In this document: positions 24,641-38,122 of the stretch, in pieces
Position numbering within the stretch: position 1 is the first letter of the stretch
How the letters are laid out: each line of letters starts with the position of its first letter
Origin: Mobula hypostoma
Lineage: Eukaryota
Direction: 5' to 3'
Assembly (NCBI RefSeq): GCF_963921235.1
Contig: NC_086118.1
Span: 14,076,001-14,140,000 of the forward strand
Length of the DNA stretch: 64,000 nucleotides
Notes under the pieces: model-generated
Seen by the model: the letters and a program-made list of their open reading frames with translations, nothing else
Told to the model about the DNA's origin: nothing
Databases searched by the model: none
Translations under genes and position numbers: made by a program

Positions 24641-26689
24641 GGCTCGTGTATAAGTTGATAACAGGTCCCAGAGTGAAGTGTGACCACAACCATTTCTAGG
24701 TCAAATTGTAGCGCTCTGCAAATTGGAATGGACAGGAATGATGCTGATACATTTTCACTAATAAACCATCAAGACAGATAGATTGGAAATGAGAAATCCT
24801 TTCTTTGTGTGTGTTGTAGATGGTAAAGCAACTACATCATGGGAATCTGAGCCTAAAATCGGGGTCTGGAAATTCAAGAGAGAAACAAAGACTTTAAATG
24901 TTACTCATCCATGCAGCATTCCTTAGCTCTGGATAATTGAAAACAAAATTAACTCTCAATCACCAAGGAGTTCAGGTGATCGATCCTATTTTGCAATTTG
25001 CTGGTTTGCCTTGAACATTCCTTTATTTCATAATGCTAAAATCACACCCATGACTATTTTATTGACACATATCCAGCATTCCTTCCCTTTGCTCTGTTTC
25101 ATTCACGTTTGTTTGCTGTAAGTCTGTGATTTGGTCCTTCTTGTGTCAGTGAATTAGCCTATTGTCCACTCATTGTCATCTGGTTTCGAGTTTGGGCCAT
25201 TGTGATAGCCTAGCTGTTTTGATTGGAAAACTCTGGGTTTAGGAGTGTTTTGGAAAAATCTATGAATATGGTTTATTGAGCACCAACTTGAGCATTAATA
25301 TCTTCAAAAGCTTTAAAGGGTGAATCCAGACTTCTTGAAATCATGATAGTTATCCTCTGTAAATTTGTAAGTCTTATAAACAGCCAGACCACACGCATCA
25401 GAGTAGGCAGACATTTAGACTAAAACAAGATACATATCACTGTGTGGTCTGATTACTGATGTTCTTGAATTAGTGTGAAGCTCATAATATTTGTGACTAC
25501 AGTTCCTTCAGCATCTCATTCAGACATAGATTACCTTAAGAGTTAATTTACTATCCCCTTCATTCTTCATAGAATTCTCTGATATGAAGCTTACTCAATT
25601 CAATGTGTGAAGCTCCAATACTGGTTTACTTTGAGTGAAATGGGTTTCTCCTGCAGGTCTGTCTATGGAGCATGACCCGAAGTGACTAATATCTGATTCA
25701 TCATTCAGTCAGTCACTTCTGCTCTTGTTGAACCAAACCCTCATGTATTAACCTTCCTCCCATTCCTTCCTTCACTGTCCTTGTTTTAATGTCACCACCA
25801 GATACAACAAATAGTTCACAATGTCAATGACCAATAAAGAAACACAATTCTGATGCAGGAATTGTTCTTGATTGTCCACCACAGTTCCCATAATTGATGT
25901 CCCTTTGGATTAATTGCTAAGTTTGATCTCTATTCCATTTAGTTTGCTTTTGCTTTAATTCCCACAATTATTTCATAGAAACATTTAATAGCTTAGCAAC
26001 TGGGTGCTTAGAGCAATTTCACCTCCTTCCAGAGAAGATGCCTGCTAATCTTCAATAGTCGTGATCATCTTTAATACAAATTCCTGCTTCCCTTCATTTC
26101 TCCTGACTACCTGCAGCATTAACTTTAGTTTAGGGCCATTTATGAATGGTTCCTGTTTGCTAATCTAAATCATCAATTTCCCAAACCCTGTCAGCAAATA
26201 AAAAACAAGAACAAAGTCCAAACGGAATAATTTATGGTGAGTGATGTGCTCTCTGATGCTTTAATAACTTCATAACTCAGATTACAGATCCCACATCTCA
26301 CTGCCCTTCTCACTTTTCCATGCAACTGGTAATCTACAAACTTATCCCTTATGATCAGGCAAAATCCCTTCTTAAATGCTCCTTCTGTTTCCCACAGCCC
26401 TTCTACTGTACATTGTTGTAGCTTTCCCACATTTTCTACATTTGCTGCAAAGGATCAACGACCCTGCTTTCAGATGGAACAATCTCAATAATGCTATCAG
26501 ATCATCTGCTGTATATTAGACTGGACTCTATTCCCTCTCTAATTCTTCTCTCTAGTATTAACATCTCTCCAGGAAACATCCCTTAATCTACATAATGTGC
26601 AATTAAGCTCTGCACTTTCATGATTTCATTCCCATCCATAAAGCAATTTTCTATACACTGTTAACATATACCCTTCTTTCTTTGTTCAT

Positions 26690-27810
26690 TAATCTCCACT
26701 GTGGCATCTACATCTCACCTCAGTGGAACAGCCTCGCCAGTGCAAATCTTTAAATTTAACCTGCAATAACTCCTCGTAAACTGTCTCTGATACCAATGAT
26801 ACTGCAGTACCCATTTTCATCCGCACTGTGGCCTCCTCCAACTGCGGGGTCACCCAATGGCTGACTTCTTGTCTGGAAACACGTAAAACATACTGAGCTT
26901 CTTCAACCACAGAGTGAGAGTCACTCAGTCCACCCTCCATCTTGTTCACATATTTCTCTTTGTTTTTTTCCAAAAGTCACTTTTCTTTATTATAGTCTTT
27001 TTGGTTGATAGTGTCTTTTTCCTTTTACAGATGCATTCAATATGTCCCTTTTTGCCACAGCTTTGACAATCTGAATCGTTATACCAACTCTTTTCCTGAA
27101 TTCCCAGTTTTGCCACAATGGTAATATTGATTGCCAATGGTTGTCTTATTCTTAAAGTCAGTAGAAACTTAATGAACTTGGGGAAATGTGCTTGATAGCT
27201 GTGCTTCTTTAGCTGCCGTCTCCATAAATGCACTGATCTCAATTGCCTTCTCCATAATGTTTGTCTGGCTTCTGTAGGCATATATCTCTGAATTGCCTCA
27301 CTACACAGACCATATATGAAACTAACTATCATGTAATATGCCATTCCACCACAAACTGTGAAATAGACTTACCTTCCTCTTGATTCATAGAACGCAGAAT
27401 ATAGAAAACCTACAGCACAATACAGGCCCTTCGGCCCACAATGCTGTGCCAAACATGTACTTACTTTAGAAATTACCTCGGGTTACCACATACCCCCTAT
27501 TTTCCTAAGCTCCATGTACCTGTCCAGGGGCCTGTTAAAAGACCTTATTGTATCCACCTCCACCACAGTCGCCGGCGGCCCATTCCACACACAAATTCCT
27601 TTTATGAAATCTAAAGGTCTCAGCAATGAGACTATTATTACTAGACTGTGTAATAAATTAAATGTGTTTGCACCCATCACAGTCAGAAAAGCTGGAACAC
27701 GAATATCATCTGAAATTTGATTTGACAATGCAAAATATTCAAATCGTTCGGTAAATGAACTCCATTGTGCTGTTATTTCATCATATGGCCCATATTTCCA
27801 AATATTGTCA
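26690..27810 (-). pseudogene. Old Gypsy gag-protease relic, interrupted by a CR1 tail (~27385-27590)
   Basis: WSSFTERFEYF...FLTVMGANTFNLLHSL Gag, CQSCGKKGHIECIC knuckle, degenerate protease MKMGTAVSLVSE. Confidence 0.7.
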
Positions 27811-28539
27811 CTATTCTCAATCACAAGCACATTTCAGAAAGCTTAACTAGTCTTATCTATCTCTCCCTCCCTCTCCTATTTGTTTTCTTTAACCCCCCAG
27901 TTCTCATTCTCCCCCCTCGGATTCTTCACTCTCTATGCTTCCTGCTCTTTTCCTTTTCACTTCTGTTTTTTTTTATCGTCTACAATTTACCTCTAAATTA
28001 ATTAATCCTAACTTCATCCAATTAGAGATATTTTCACTGCTCTATCTATCCACCCACTTTTCCCCAGCCTCTCTGTAATTTAGCAATAACTTCTTTCTCA
28101 GCCCTGCCAAACTACCTTCAGGCTGAAATATTAACACTTTTGCTCAGATGCAGTTTGAGCCAATGAACAGTTCCAGCATTTTCTATTTTTATTTCAGATT
28201 TCCATTTTAGTTTTGCTTTTAAGTCTCCTGGCTGGACGTAGAGTTTTACTTTCATATAGGAGTCTCAAGTGTGCTGGCACTTAAAACAGCAGCCAGTGTT
28301 TCATAACAGACTCTGGCCCATAATTAATTTGTTTCTAAATATTGCTGCATATTATATATTAAAAGAGAACATTGTACATACATTGTCATCAGTCTGTGCT
28401 TTCTGATAATATCTTACGTGAATAATGTGATTCCTGATACTACACATTAAAAATATAAAACCTGGTCATTTATCTTGCTACATACATCAAAGTTGCTGGT
28501 GAACGCAGCAGGCCAAGCAGCATCTGTAGGTAGAGGTGC

Positions 28540-28575
28540 AGTCGACGTTTCAGGCCGAGACCCTTCGTCAGGACT
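28540..28575 (-). ncRNA. Minimal hammerhead ribozyme motif (Penelope)
   Basis: Minus strand AGTC-CTGACGA-AGGGTCTCGGCCT-GAAA-CGTC-GACT. Confidence 0.75.
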
Positions 28576-28921
28576 AACTGAAGGAAGAGTGAGTAAGGGA
28601 TTTGAAAGTTGGAGGGGGAGGGGGAGATCCAAAATGATAGGAGAAGACAGGAGGGGGAGAGATAGAGCCGAGAGCTGGACAGGTGATAGGCAAAAGGGGA
28701 TATGAGAGGATCATGGGACAGGAGGTCCGGGAAGAAAGACAAGGGGGGGGGGTGACCCAGAGGATGGGCAAGAGGTATATTCAGAGGGACAGAGGGAGAA
28801 AAAGGAGAGTGAGAGAAAGAATGTGTGCATAAAAATGAGTAACAGATGGGGTACGAGGGGGAGGTGGGGCCTTAGCGGAAGTTAGAGAAGTCGATGTTCA
28901 TGCCATCAGGTTGGAGGCTAC

Positions 28922-29467
28922 CTCCAACGGGATCCCACCACTAAGCACATCTTTCCCTCTCCCCCTCTCTCTGCATTCCGCAGGGATCGCTCCCTACACA
29001 ACTCCCTTGTCCATTCGTCCCCCCCATCCCTCCCCACTGATCTCCCTCCTGGCACTTATCCGTGTAAGCGGAACAAGTGCTACACATGCCCTTACACTTC
29101 CTCCCTTACCACCATTCAGGGCCCCAAACAGTCCTTCCAGGTGAGGCATCACTTCACCTGTGAGTCGACTGGGGTGATATACTGCGTCCGGTGCTCCCAA
29201 TGTGGCCTTTTATATATTGGCGAGACCCGACGCAGACTGGGAGACCGCTTTGCTGAACATCTACGCTCTGTTCGCCAGAGAAAGCAGGATCTCCCAGTGG
29301 CCACACATTTTAATTCCACATCCCATTCCCATTCTGACATGTCTATCCACGGCCTCCTCTACTGTAAAGATGAAGCCACACTCAGGTTGGAGGAACAACA
29401 CCTTATATTCCGTCTGGGTAGCCTCCAACCTGATGGCATGAACATCGACTTCTCTAACTTCCGCTAA
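28922..29467 (+). pseudogene. Penelope linker and GIY-YIG endonuclease, open frame, N-terminally truncated
   Basis: PGTYPCKRNKCYTC, GVIYCVRCSQCGLLYIGETRRRLGDRFAEH, QPDGMN. Confidence 0.9.
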
Positions 29468-29762
29468 GGCCCCACCTCCCCCTCATACCCCATCTGTTAC
29501 TCATTTTTATGCACACATTCTTTCTCTCACTCTCCTTTTTCTCCCTCTGTCCCTCTGAATATACCTCTTGCCCATCCTCTGGGTCACCCCCCCCCTTGTC
29601 TTTCTTCCCGGACCTCCTGTCCCATGATCCTCTCGTATCCCCTTTTGCCTATCACCTGTCCAGCTCTCGGCTCTATCTCTCCCCCTCCTGTCTTCTCCTA
29701 TCATTTTGGATCTCCCCCTCCCCCTCCAACTTTCAAATCCCTTACTCACTCTTCCTTCAGTT

Positions 29763-29798
29763 AGTCCTGACGAAGGGTCTCGGCCTGAAACGTCGACT
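29763..29798 (+). ncRNA. Minimal hammerhead ribozyme motif (Penelope)
   Basis: Stem I AGTC/GACT, CTGACGA core 29767-29773, GAAA 29787-29790, GTC triplet ending 29794. Confidence 0.75.
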
Positions 29799-30199
29799 GC
29801 ACCTCTTCCTACAGATGCTGCTTGGCCTACTGCGTTCACCAGCAACTTTGATGTATGTTGCTTGAATTTCCAGCATCTGCAGAATTCCTGTTGTTTGCAT
29901 TTATCTTGCTGCTGGTTATTTGCTACTTGTCTCTACATGATAAGTGGCTGCCCATCAAAAATATTTCAATTGCTTTGCAGTGTCTTTTGAAGGTCTGAGA
30001 TTGCACGCAGTATTTACTTAAGAAGGGATGCATATTAAGCTGTATACATTTTATTTTTAAAAATGAGGAATTTTGGATTTATAAAGTGAACAGAAAAATA
30101 AACTTTATCAAGTCACCAACAAAATAAAGTGGATAGAAGTAAAGAATAGTTTTAAAGTTGCATGACATGAATCAATGTGCTGGTGAGTGGTAGAAATAA

Positions 30200-30619
30200 T
30201 CACTTTATATGCAAATGAAATGTGATTGTGTAGCTATGTTTCTATAGCAACTGCCTGTTTTTTGCTGTGATTGGTTAGAGAACAGTTTTGGAGTCAGTGC
30301 GATGTGTGAGACAATGCAAGGTTCTGACAGTCATAGATTCAGTAGCTGTAGATCTCTCTCTAGAGACTGCACAAGAATCCTACAACACTCTCCACCTCTA
30401 CCTGTTAATTTTGAATTGGGTTGGCGATGAATAAAACATTGTTGTAACTCAGCACACTAGGGCTTACAGATCTTGAAACAGTGGACAAATAGAAAAAAAG
30501 GGGACCTAACAGGAATTGCCTGAGTGATTCCATAACTTTGGGAAAAGGTGTCGAGCGTTCTGGGCTGTGAAGGGAGTTGGATGTTCTTCGATGAATTTGA
30601 AGTGGATTATTCTGAAGCA
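30200..30619 (+). promoter_or_regulatory. Putative proximal promoter / 5' UTR of the GPCR gene
   Basis: Position upstream of the first coding exon; ATGCAAAT at 30209-30216 and reverse CCAAT at 30270-30274. Motifs alone are weak; TSS unknown. Confidence 0.3.
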
Positions 30620-30745
30620 ATGGGGATCTTCAGTGACAGAGCCAAGGATGAAAGATTAAGTTTAAATCTGTGGCTGTGTCGTTTACAAACTTCGAGGGCT
30701 ACAGTATCAGTTTTTCTCTTCATGCTGTTGCTACACATAATGCAG
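30620..30745 (+). CDS. GLP2R: Glucagon-like peptide 2 receptor-like, first coding exon (signal peptide)
   Basis: GCAATGG Kozak context; MGIFSDRAKDERLSLNLWLCRLQTSRATVSVFLFMLLLHIMQ with hydrophobic core; strong phase-0 donor CAG/GTAAGG; parallels recalled human ...LVLLVSIKQ. Confidence 0.78.
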
Positions 30746-33529
30746 GTAAGGTGTGAAAATGAGTAAGTAAAGACTGTGTATTAAAATGGTCATGTAAAGG
30801 AAATGAATGTACAAATAAAATCATGCAACGAAGATGATTAACACGGTGAACTGTGTCAACTGTGCATTTGGCTAGTTTATTTGTCAGTTAAGGCAGAATC
30901 AGTTTCACAAGTTTTGCAAGAACTGCTCCCCTCTCATAGAAAACTTCTCTTTACTTCCGTTCATATTTTGTTACATTAATTAACGTGTTTGCACTTTTTT
31001 GTCTAAATCCTTAATCGGTTTAAATAGTTCAACAACATTGTTAAAATGCCACAGAACTTTCATTAATGCACGGAACAATCAATAAGGAAAAGAAGCTTTT
31101 GCTTTCATTTAGAAAGCTTTGTTTCCTCATCTACTTATTAGAAACACACTGTTGTATCTGAAGTACAATAAGTATGCTCTTGGCAGAATTTTGAGTGATT
31201 ACATCCCACTCTATGATATGAGGTAATGAAGCAGACAAGAAGAAACGGGGTAGGAAAGGACAGAGATTCTTGATTGACCAGCAGCAAAACCAGACCCTAA
31301 ACTCTAGTCCCATATTAAAATAGCTGATATTCTAAGGACTGAATTCCCCAAGCTCAGCTAACTAATTGAAGTTTCTCTAAAGCTGTTTTCTCCTCAAAAT
31401 ATCTTTCACAAACAATAACAGATTTATATCCTATGAAGAGAACAGAACACTCAAAATAGGAGCTTGTTCTGCGATTTAAACACTGGATTATTTACTCAGG
31501 ATTACTGGTCTAGTAGTATAACCCACACATTATTGTTTCCAGTGAAGAAGAGGTTTTATCAGCATCTGAGCACACACAAGAATAGATGACCTTTATAAAA
31601 ACTTGTGTCACCTATGCTGCAAAGATTTCAAAATCCTAAAGTGTCAATGTTGTTTTCACCAAGCACACATACTATCACTTGAACAAAATTCAAACTTAGT
31701 TAATTTCATTTTTTTTATTTACTTATACTTTTTCCATACATACATTGAAACATGCAGTGAAATGTCATTTCCATTAATAAACAAGGCAGGAAGACCACAA
31801 GTGTCGCCACACATTCCAGCATAAAATTATGCAACATAAAAAGACACCATACCTCAATGAGTTTTAAAATAGCTTATTACACTGTAAACACATACTTCCT
31901 ACACAAAACACTATATCAACTTTTGTAGAACTTTGCCCAAAAGTCATGCTTCATTTTTTAGCACAGATGTAAACACATTAATTCCAAACTGATGAACAGT
32001 TAGAATAACAGTAATACCAAATTAGATACAGTTTACATGTTAAAGATCATTGGAACTTGTACATAGCAAATATTTTATTCACCCTACCAGCGAAGGGCTG
32101 GGATACCTAAATGTTTAGTTAAGTATTGTCTGACATTTTTCATTAACTACTTAAATAAAACAAAATTTGTGCATAAATAAGCTTATCCAAATTATATCTT
32201 TTCCTTTTAGAAAGCCTGCTTTATATGTAAGTTGAGATGGGACCATAAACTACATTTTTTAGTATGAAAAAACACATTGAAAAGCTGTCCTAGCTAAAGC
32301 AAACCATCCAAAATATTGCAAATTGGAAATGTATTAAGTTGGCTAATGACAGGAAATGACTATTACAAATATTAGGATCTGCATTATAAATTACAAGATT
32401 TATGCACTTGTCTTTCTGCAAGAATTTGAAGTTCATGTGAATGTATTTGCTTAGTAATCTTGTTACTCTGTTGTCAAACAGCTGTAATTGTCATCCAAAT
32501 TTTACTGAACAAAATATTTTTTAAAATCTTTTTAAATTTTACAGCTAGATGTTGAGTTTGTGCAATAGTGTATATTGGCTGCTTTGTGTCTACTCTATAT
32601 TTCTGTGTATAAAACTGAGAAAGTGGTATTACATACTGCAGTTTCAATATCGTCAGTACTATACCATCACAGCGTCAACTCCATCCCTTGTATTTTTATT
32701 CAAAGGTATTTACAGATGTGAGATACTGTATGTATAACTGGCCATCTCTATGGCCTGGAACATGAACAAATCAGTGTAATACCAACTGCTAAATCAGAAC
32801 AAAAAGTAAAATATTCTCCTTCAATCTTAGAACTTGCTTGACCTTATTCTCTTGTTCTCTGCTGCTCGCACTCATGAACTCTTCCTTATTTTCTTCCTTA
32901 TCTATCACAGTTTTTCCAGTCTCTCCCCTGTTCTAGTAAGTGCATTTTACACTGATGTAAGAAATTTTGTTGTAAATTTCTTGAATAACAGAAATATTCC
33001 ATCTCAACCCTTTAATAAATGAAGTAATTTCTTCAATAATTCTTCCTTCGTATTTGGCAATTTTCACATTTTGTGATGAGGTTTGTCTGTTCCGTTGACA
33101 GGTATTATTTTATGACACATATTCCAAAACACAACTTAAATGAAATGTTCTTAAAAAAGAATCTTTTGTTTTCAGTGCATGGACCAATCCGCTCGATCTT
33201 GAATCTAATTATGTTATAAGAATAAATTAAAAAGAATCATTTATCCACTTCTGTGGCTCATTAAATAAAGTTGCATTTCCAAATAAGAGAAAGCAGTAAG
33301 TACTATAGTTAGCTCTGGCGATGACTAAAGTCTACCTCTCTCATCACTTGCCTCATACACTAGAGAGCATTTCTCCTCTTCATAAAGCCCTTGAACTCAC
33401 AACCAAATCATGATATCTGATTTTCTCCAGAAACAGTAAATGTCTTTAATTGTGGTTATTTTTCACCACAAATTAAAGAAGATTATGGAAAGTTGTAATG
33501 AATTATGAGGGGTTTAGATGGAGTGGATC

Positions 33530-33940
33530 AGAATCAGGTTTAAAAATCACTGGCATATGTTGTGAAATTTGTTAACTTAGCAGCAGCAGTACAATGCAAT
33601 ACATGCTAATAGAGAGAAGAAAACTGAGTTTCAGTAAGTGTATATACAGGATATGAAATAGTTAAATGTAATACGTAGTGCAGAATAAAATAGGAAATAA
33701 AACAGTAGTGAGGTTGTGTTCATGGGTTCAATGTCCATTCAGAAATTGGTTTGCAGAGAGGAAGAAGCTGTTCCTGAATCGCTGAGTGTGCGCCTTCAGG
33801 CTTCTGAACCTCCTTCCTGACGGTAGCAAAGAAAGAAGGAATGTCCTGGATGGTTAGTGCTGTTAATGATGGATACTGCTTTTCTGAGGCACTGCTCCTT
33901 GAAGATGTCCTAGCTACTACAGAGGATAGTAGTCCCCCAT
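33530..33940 (-). mobile_element. Rex1-type LINE 3' tail fragment
   Basis: GGAAGAAGCTGTTCCTGAA...CTCCTTCCTGACGG matches the minus-strand copies at 16950-17030 and 59000-59140. Confidence 0.65.
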
Positions 33941-34039
33941 GCTAGACGGAGAAATGCTCTCTATTGACGCGATATTTGCAACTAAATTGGAAGTAAAGTT
34001 GAAAAAAGAGAAGGCAATTTTTTTTGTTTCATGCAGTAT

Positions 34040-34245
34040 GGTGCTGTGACGTGTGCAGCATTATGATGACGGCACTGCTACCTCATAGTTTCTGAAGCCG
34101 GGGCTCAATCCTGACCTGGGGTCTATAGATTCTTCACACTCTTCCCGCAACTGTGTGGAATTTACCTGAGTGCTCTGGTTTCCTGCCGCATCCCAAAGAT
34201 GCATTGTTAGGTAGGTTAATAAGCTACTGTAAATGACCCCTTAAT
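34040..34245 (+). mobile_element. Degraded tRNA-derived SINE (HE1/V-SINE-like)
   Basis: B-box-like GGCTCAATCC and core GTGCTCTGGTTTCCT...CCCAAAGA, shared with 50780-51060. Confidence 0.55.
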
Positions 34246-35029
34246 GAGATGGGTGACAGAAGAACAGGGAGCTGGTGGGCAAGTGAGAGAGACATAAGAA
34301 GGGAGTTGAAACTACTGGGGTTGCTCAGAGACCCCCTTTTGACTCAGTGAGGTGAAAGGCCTCTTTTGCTGTTGTTATGAAACATGAATGCACGGTCCTT
34401 TGTCGTAGCATATTCAGCGGAAACATTAGAAGGGAATTAGATAAATCGGTTGAAGGAATCATTTATGAAGCTACTGGGAAATAAGAGGGAAGTTTCAGAA
34501 AAAATTGACGCAGACGTGTTCATTAGGTATTTTATTCAGCTATGCAATAGTATGTAATCGCTGAACTTTTTCTGATATGTAAAGCATTTGTAGAATGAAC
34601 AGACATCACAGAACTCTTCCAATTAAGCAAGCCAGACAAAATATTACAAGTTTAGAAATTTATTGTTGGCCGGTGACCGGAGTTGACTGTGGATATTACA
34701 GACGCATATTCTGAAAGCAGGCTTTTATTTCCAATTCCATGCATTCAAACACTCATAGGTTCCTTACCCATTTCCAAAGTATTATCCCTGTGGTTCAGCC
34801 ATATTTAATTTTATATGGAGAAATGATAATGACTAATTATTAAAATTACAGTGAAAACAATAGTGACTTCCCTCTCCTACAGTCAACCTGTTCACTTTTA
34901 TAAGGGTTGCAATAATAATCTTTCTTCCAATAAATAGCATAAACCATCTATATGAAATAGGAAATGGTACTAAATCTATAGAAATGTGCAGTTTAGGAAC
35001 TTTCATGAAACAAACTACTGAGTTGTTAC

Positions 35030-35815
35030 CCACATCTCCTCCAGTTCCTCAACATCCACCCATCTTCCCGCCGCCTTAACAATAATAGAGTTCTTCTTGG
35101 CCTTACCTACCACACATGAGCCTCTACATCCTACACAACTTACACCATCTCCAAAGGGATCTTACCATAAAACATACCTTTCCTCCCTTTCCACAGGGAT
35201 TGCTCACTCCATGATTTCCTGGACCATTCATCCCTCCCTACTAATCTCCCTCCCGTCATTTATCCCTGCAGTGCGCAAAGTGCTATACATGCCCATTCAC
35301 CTCCTCCCTCACCTCCATTCAGGGCTCCAAACAGTCCTTCCAGGTGACACAGCTCTTCACCTCCGAATCTGCTGGGGCTGTCTATTGTGTTCAGTGCTCC
35401 CAACGTGGCTTCCTCTACATTGGTGAGATCCATCACAAACTGGCAGATGACTTCATTGAGCAGCTCCGCTCTATCCGCCAAATGAGGAACTTCCCAATGG
35501 CCAGACATTTTAATTCCGATTCCCATTCTGACATGTCAGTCCATGGCCTCCTTGTGTGCCACGATGAGGCGACACTCAGGGTGGAGGAGCAACACCTTAT
35601 ATTCCATCTGGGTAGCCTCCAACATGATGGAATTCTCATTCCAGTTAAAAAACTTTTTCCCTCCCTCTCCCCTCTACTTCTATTCCATACTCTGGCCTCT
35701 TACCTCTTCTCTACCTGCCAATCACCTCCCACTGGGTCCCCTCCTGTGGTCCACTCTCCTCTCCTATCAGATTCCTTCATCTCCAGCCCTTTAATTTTCC
35801 TACCCATCTGGCTTC
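35030..35815 (+). mobile_element. Older Penelope-like fragment (GIY-YIG)
   Basis: AVYCVQCSQRGFLYIGE...EEQHLIFHLGSLQ. Confidence 0.85.
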
Positions 35816-37289
35816 ACTAGCACAAGAAAACCTGCAGTTGCCAGAAATCCAAATCAACACAAACAAAATGCTGGAGGAACTCAGCAGGCCAGGTAGCATC
35901 TATGGAAAAGAGTAAACAGTTGACACTTTGGGCCAAGACTAGAAAGGAAGGGGACAAGTACGAATATGAAGGTGGGTGCAGGGGAGGGAGAAGTACAAGG
36001 TAGCAGGCAATTGGTGAAACTGAGAGATGGGGAGCATGTGAAGTGAAGAGCTGGGAAGTTGATTGGTGAAAGAGATTAAGGGCTGGAGAAAGGGAAATCT
36101 GACAGGAGAGGGCAGAAGACATGGAAGAAAGGGAAGGGGGAGTAGCACCGGAGGGATGTGATCGGAAGGTAAGAAGAGAAGGTGTGAGAGGGAGACAAGA
36201 ATGGGCAATGGTGAGCAAGAAGGGGATGGGCAATCACCAGAAATTTGAGAAATCCATTAGCATGCCATCAGGTTGGAGGCTATCCATATAGAATGTAAGG
36301 TGTCGCTCCTCCAACCTGAGTCTAGCCTCATCTCGGTAGTAGAGAAGGCCACGGATTGACATGGCGGAATGGGAATGGGAAGTAGATTTGAAATGAGTGG
36401 CAACTGGGAAATCCTGCTTTTTGTGGGAGATGGAGGAGAGGTGCTCAATGAAGTGGTCTCCCAATCTATATCAGGTCTCACCAATATACTGGAGACCACA
36501 CTGAGAGAACTGGATACAACCAACTTGCAGGTGAAGTGATGCCTCACCTGGAAAGACTGTTTGGAGCCCTTAGTGGTAGTGAGGGAGGAGACATAGAGGC
36601 AGGCGTGGCACTTGTTATGCTTGCAAGGATAAATGCCAGGAGGAAGATCAGTGAAGAGGGACGAATGGACAAGGAATTCACTTCGGGAGAGTGTGCTTGG
36701 TGGTGGCATTCCGTTGGAGATGGCAGAAGTTAAGGAGAATTATGTGCTGTATGTGGAGGCTTGTGAGGTTGTAGGTGAGGACAGAAGGAACCCTATCCCT
36801 GGTGTGCCGGTGGGAGGATGTGGTGCAGATGTGTGCGAAATGGAAGAGATGCGAGTGAAGGCAGTATTGATGGAGGAGGAAGGGAAGCCTCTTTCTTTGA
36901 AGAAGGAGGACATCTCAATTGTTCTGGAATGAAAAGCCCCGTCCTGAAAGCAAATGCGATAGAGACGGAGGAACTGAGTATGAGGAATGGCTTTTTTACA
37001 AGTGACAGGGTGGGTAGTGTGGTCTCCCAATCTACACTGGGTCTCATCAGAAAAGGTACAGTGCAGAAAGCTGCAAGAGTCAGTGGATTTATAAAATATA
37101 TCAGTAGATAGATTCTCTCCAGTGATGGAGACAGAGAGATTGAGAAAGGGGAGAGAGGTGTCAGAAATAGAGTAAGTTAATTTGAGAACGCAAACACGAG
37201 GAAATCTGCAGATGCTGGAAATTGAAGCAACACACACAAAAAGTGCTGGTGAACACAGCAGGCCAGGTAGCATCTATAGGAAGAGGTAC

Positions 37290-37325
37290 AGTCAACGTTT
37301 CAGGCTGGGACCCTTCGTCAGGACT
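37290..37325 (-). ncRNA. Minimal hammerhead motif, GTT-triplet variant
   Basis: Minus strand AGTC-CTGACGA-AGGGTCCCAGCCT-GAAA-CGTT-GACT. Confidence 0.6.
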
Positions 37326-38086
37326 AACTGAAAGAAGAGATAGTGAGAGATTTGAATGTGGGAGGGGAGGGGGAGATCCAAAATGATAGGCGAAGACAGG
37401 AGGGGGAGGGATGGAGCCAAGAGCTGGAAAGCTGATCAGTCCTTCCAGGTGAGGCGACACTTCACCTGTGAGTCGGCTGGGGTGATATACTGCGTCCGGT
37501 GCTCCCGATGCAGCCTTCTATATACTGGCGAGACCCGACACAGGCTGGGAGACCATTTTGCTGAACACCTACACTCTGTCCACCAGAGAAAGCAGGATCT
37601 CCCAGTGGCCACACATTTTAATTCCATGTCCCATTCCCATTTTGATATGTCTATCCACAGCCTCCTCCAGTGTCAAGATGAAGCCACACTCAGGTTGGAG
37701 GAACAACACCTTATGTTTCGTCTGGGTAACCTCCAACCTGATGGCATGAACATTGACTTCTCTAACTTCCGTTAATGCCCCGCCTCCCCTTCGTACCCCA
37801 TCCCTTATTTATGTATGTATTTATTTATTTATTTTCCCCTTTTTTCCCTCTTTCTCCCTCTGTCCCTCTCACTAGAACTCCTTGCCTATCCTCTGGACTC
37901 CCCCCCCCTTCTTTCTCCCTAGGCTCCCGTCCCATGATCCTTTCCCTTCTCCAGCTTTGTATCCCTTTTGCCAATCAGCTTTCCAGCTCTTGGCTCCATC
38001 CCTCCCCATCCTGTCTTCTCCTGTCATTTCGGATCTCCCTGTTCCCCCTCCCACTTTCAAATCTCTTATTATCTCTTCTTTCAGTT

Positions 38087-38122
38087 AGTCCTGACGAAGG
38101 GTCTCGGCCCGAAACGTCGACT
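38087..38122 (+). ncRNA. Minimal hammerhead ribozyme motif (best-paired copy)
   Basis: AGTC-CTGACGA-A-GGGT(CTCG)GCCC-GAAA-CGTC-GACT. Confidence 0.78.

Larger units (their letters stand above)
28480..29897 (+). mobile_element. Penelope-like element, 5'-truncated, with inverted terminal arm; young
   Basis: 13-bp TSD CATTTATCTTGCT (28467-28479, 29898-29910); 28480-28922 is a near-identical inverted copy of 29417-29858. Confidence 0.93.

Noticed and set aside
29141..29467. Homing endonuclease or UvrC-like gene
   Set aside because: Multi-copy GIY-YIG with Penelope linker, tails and TSDs.
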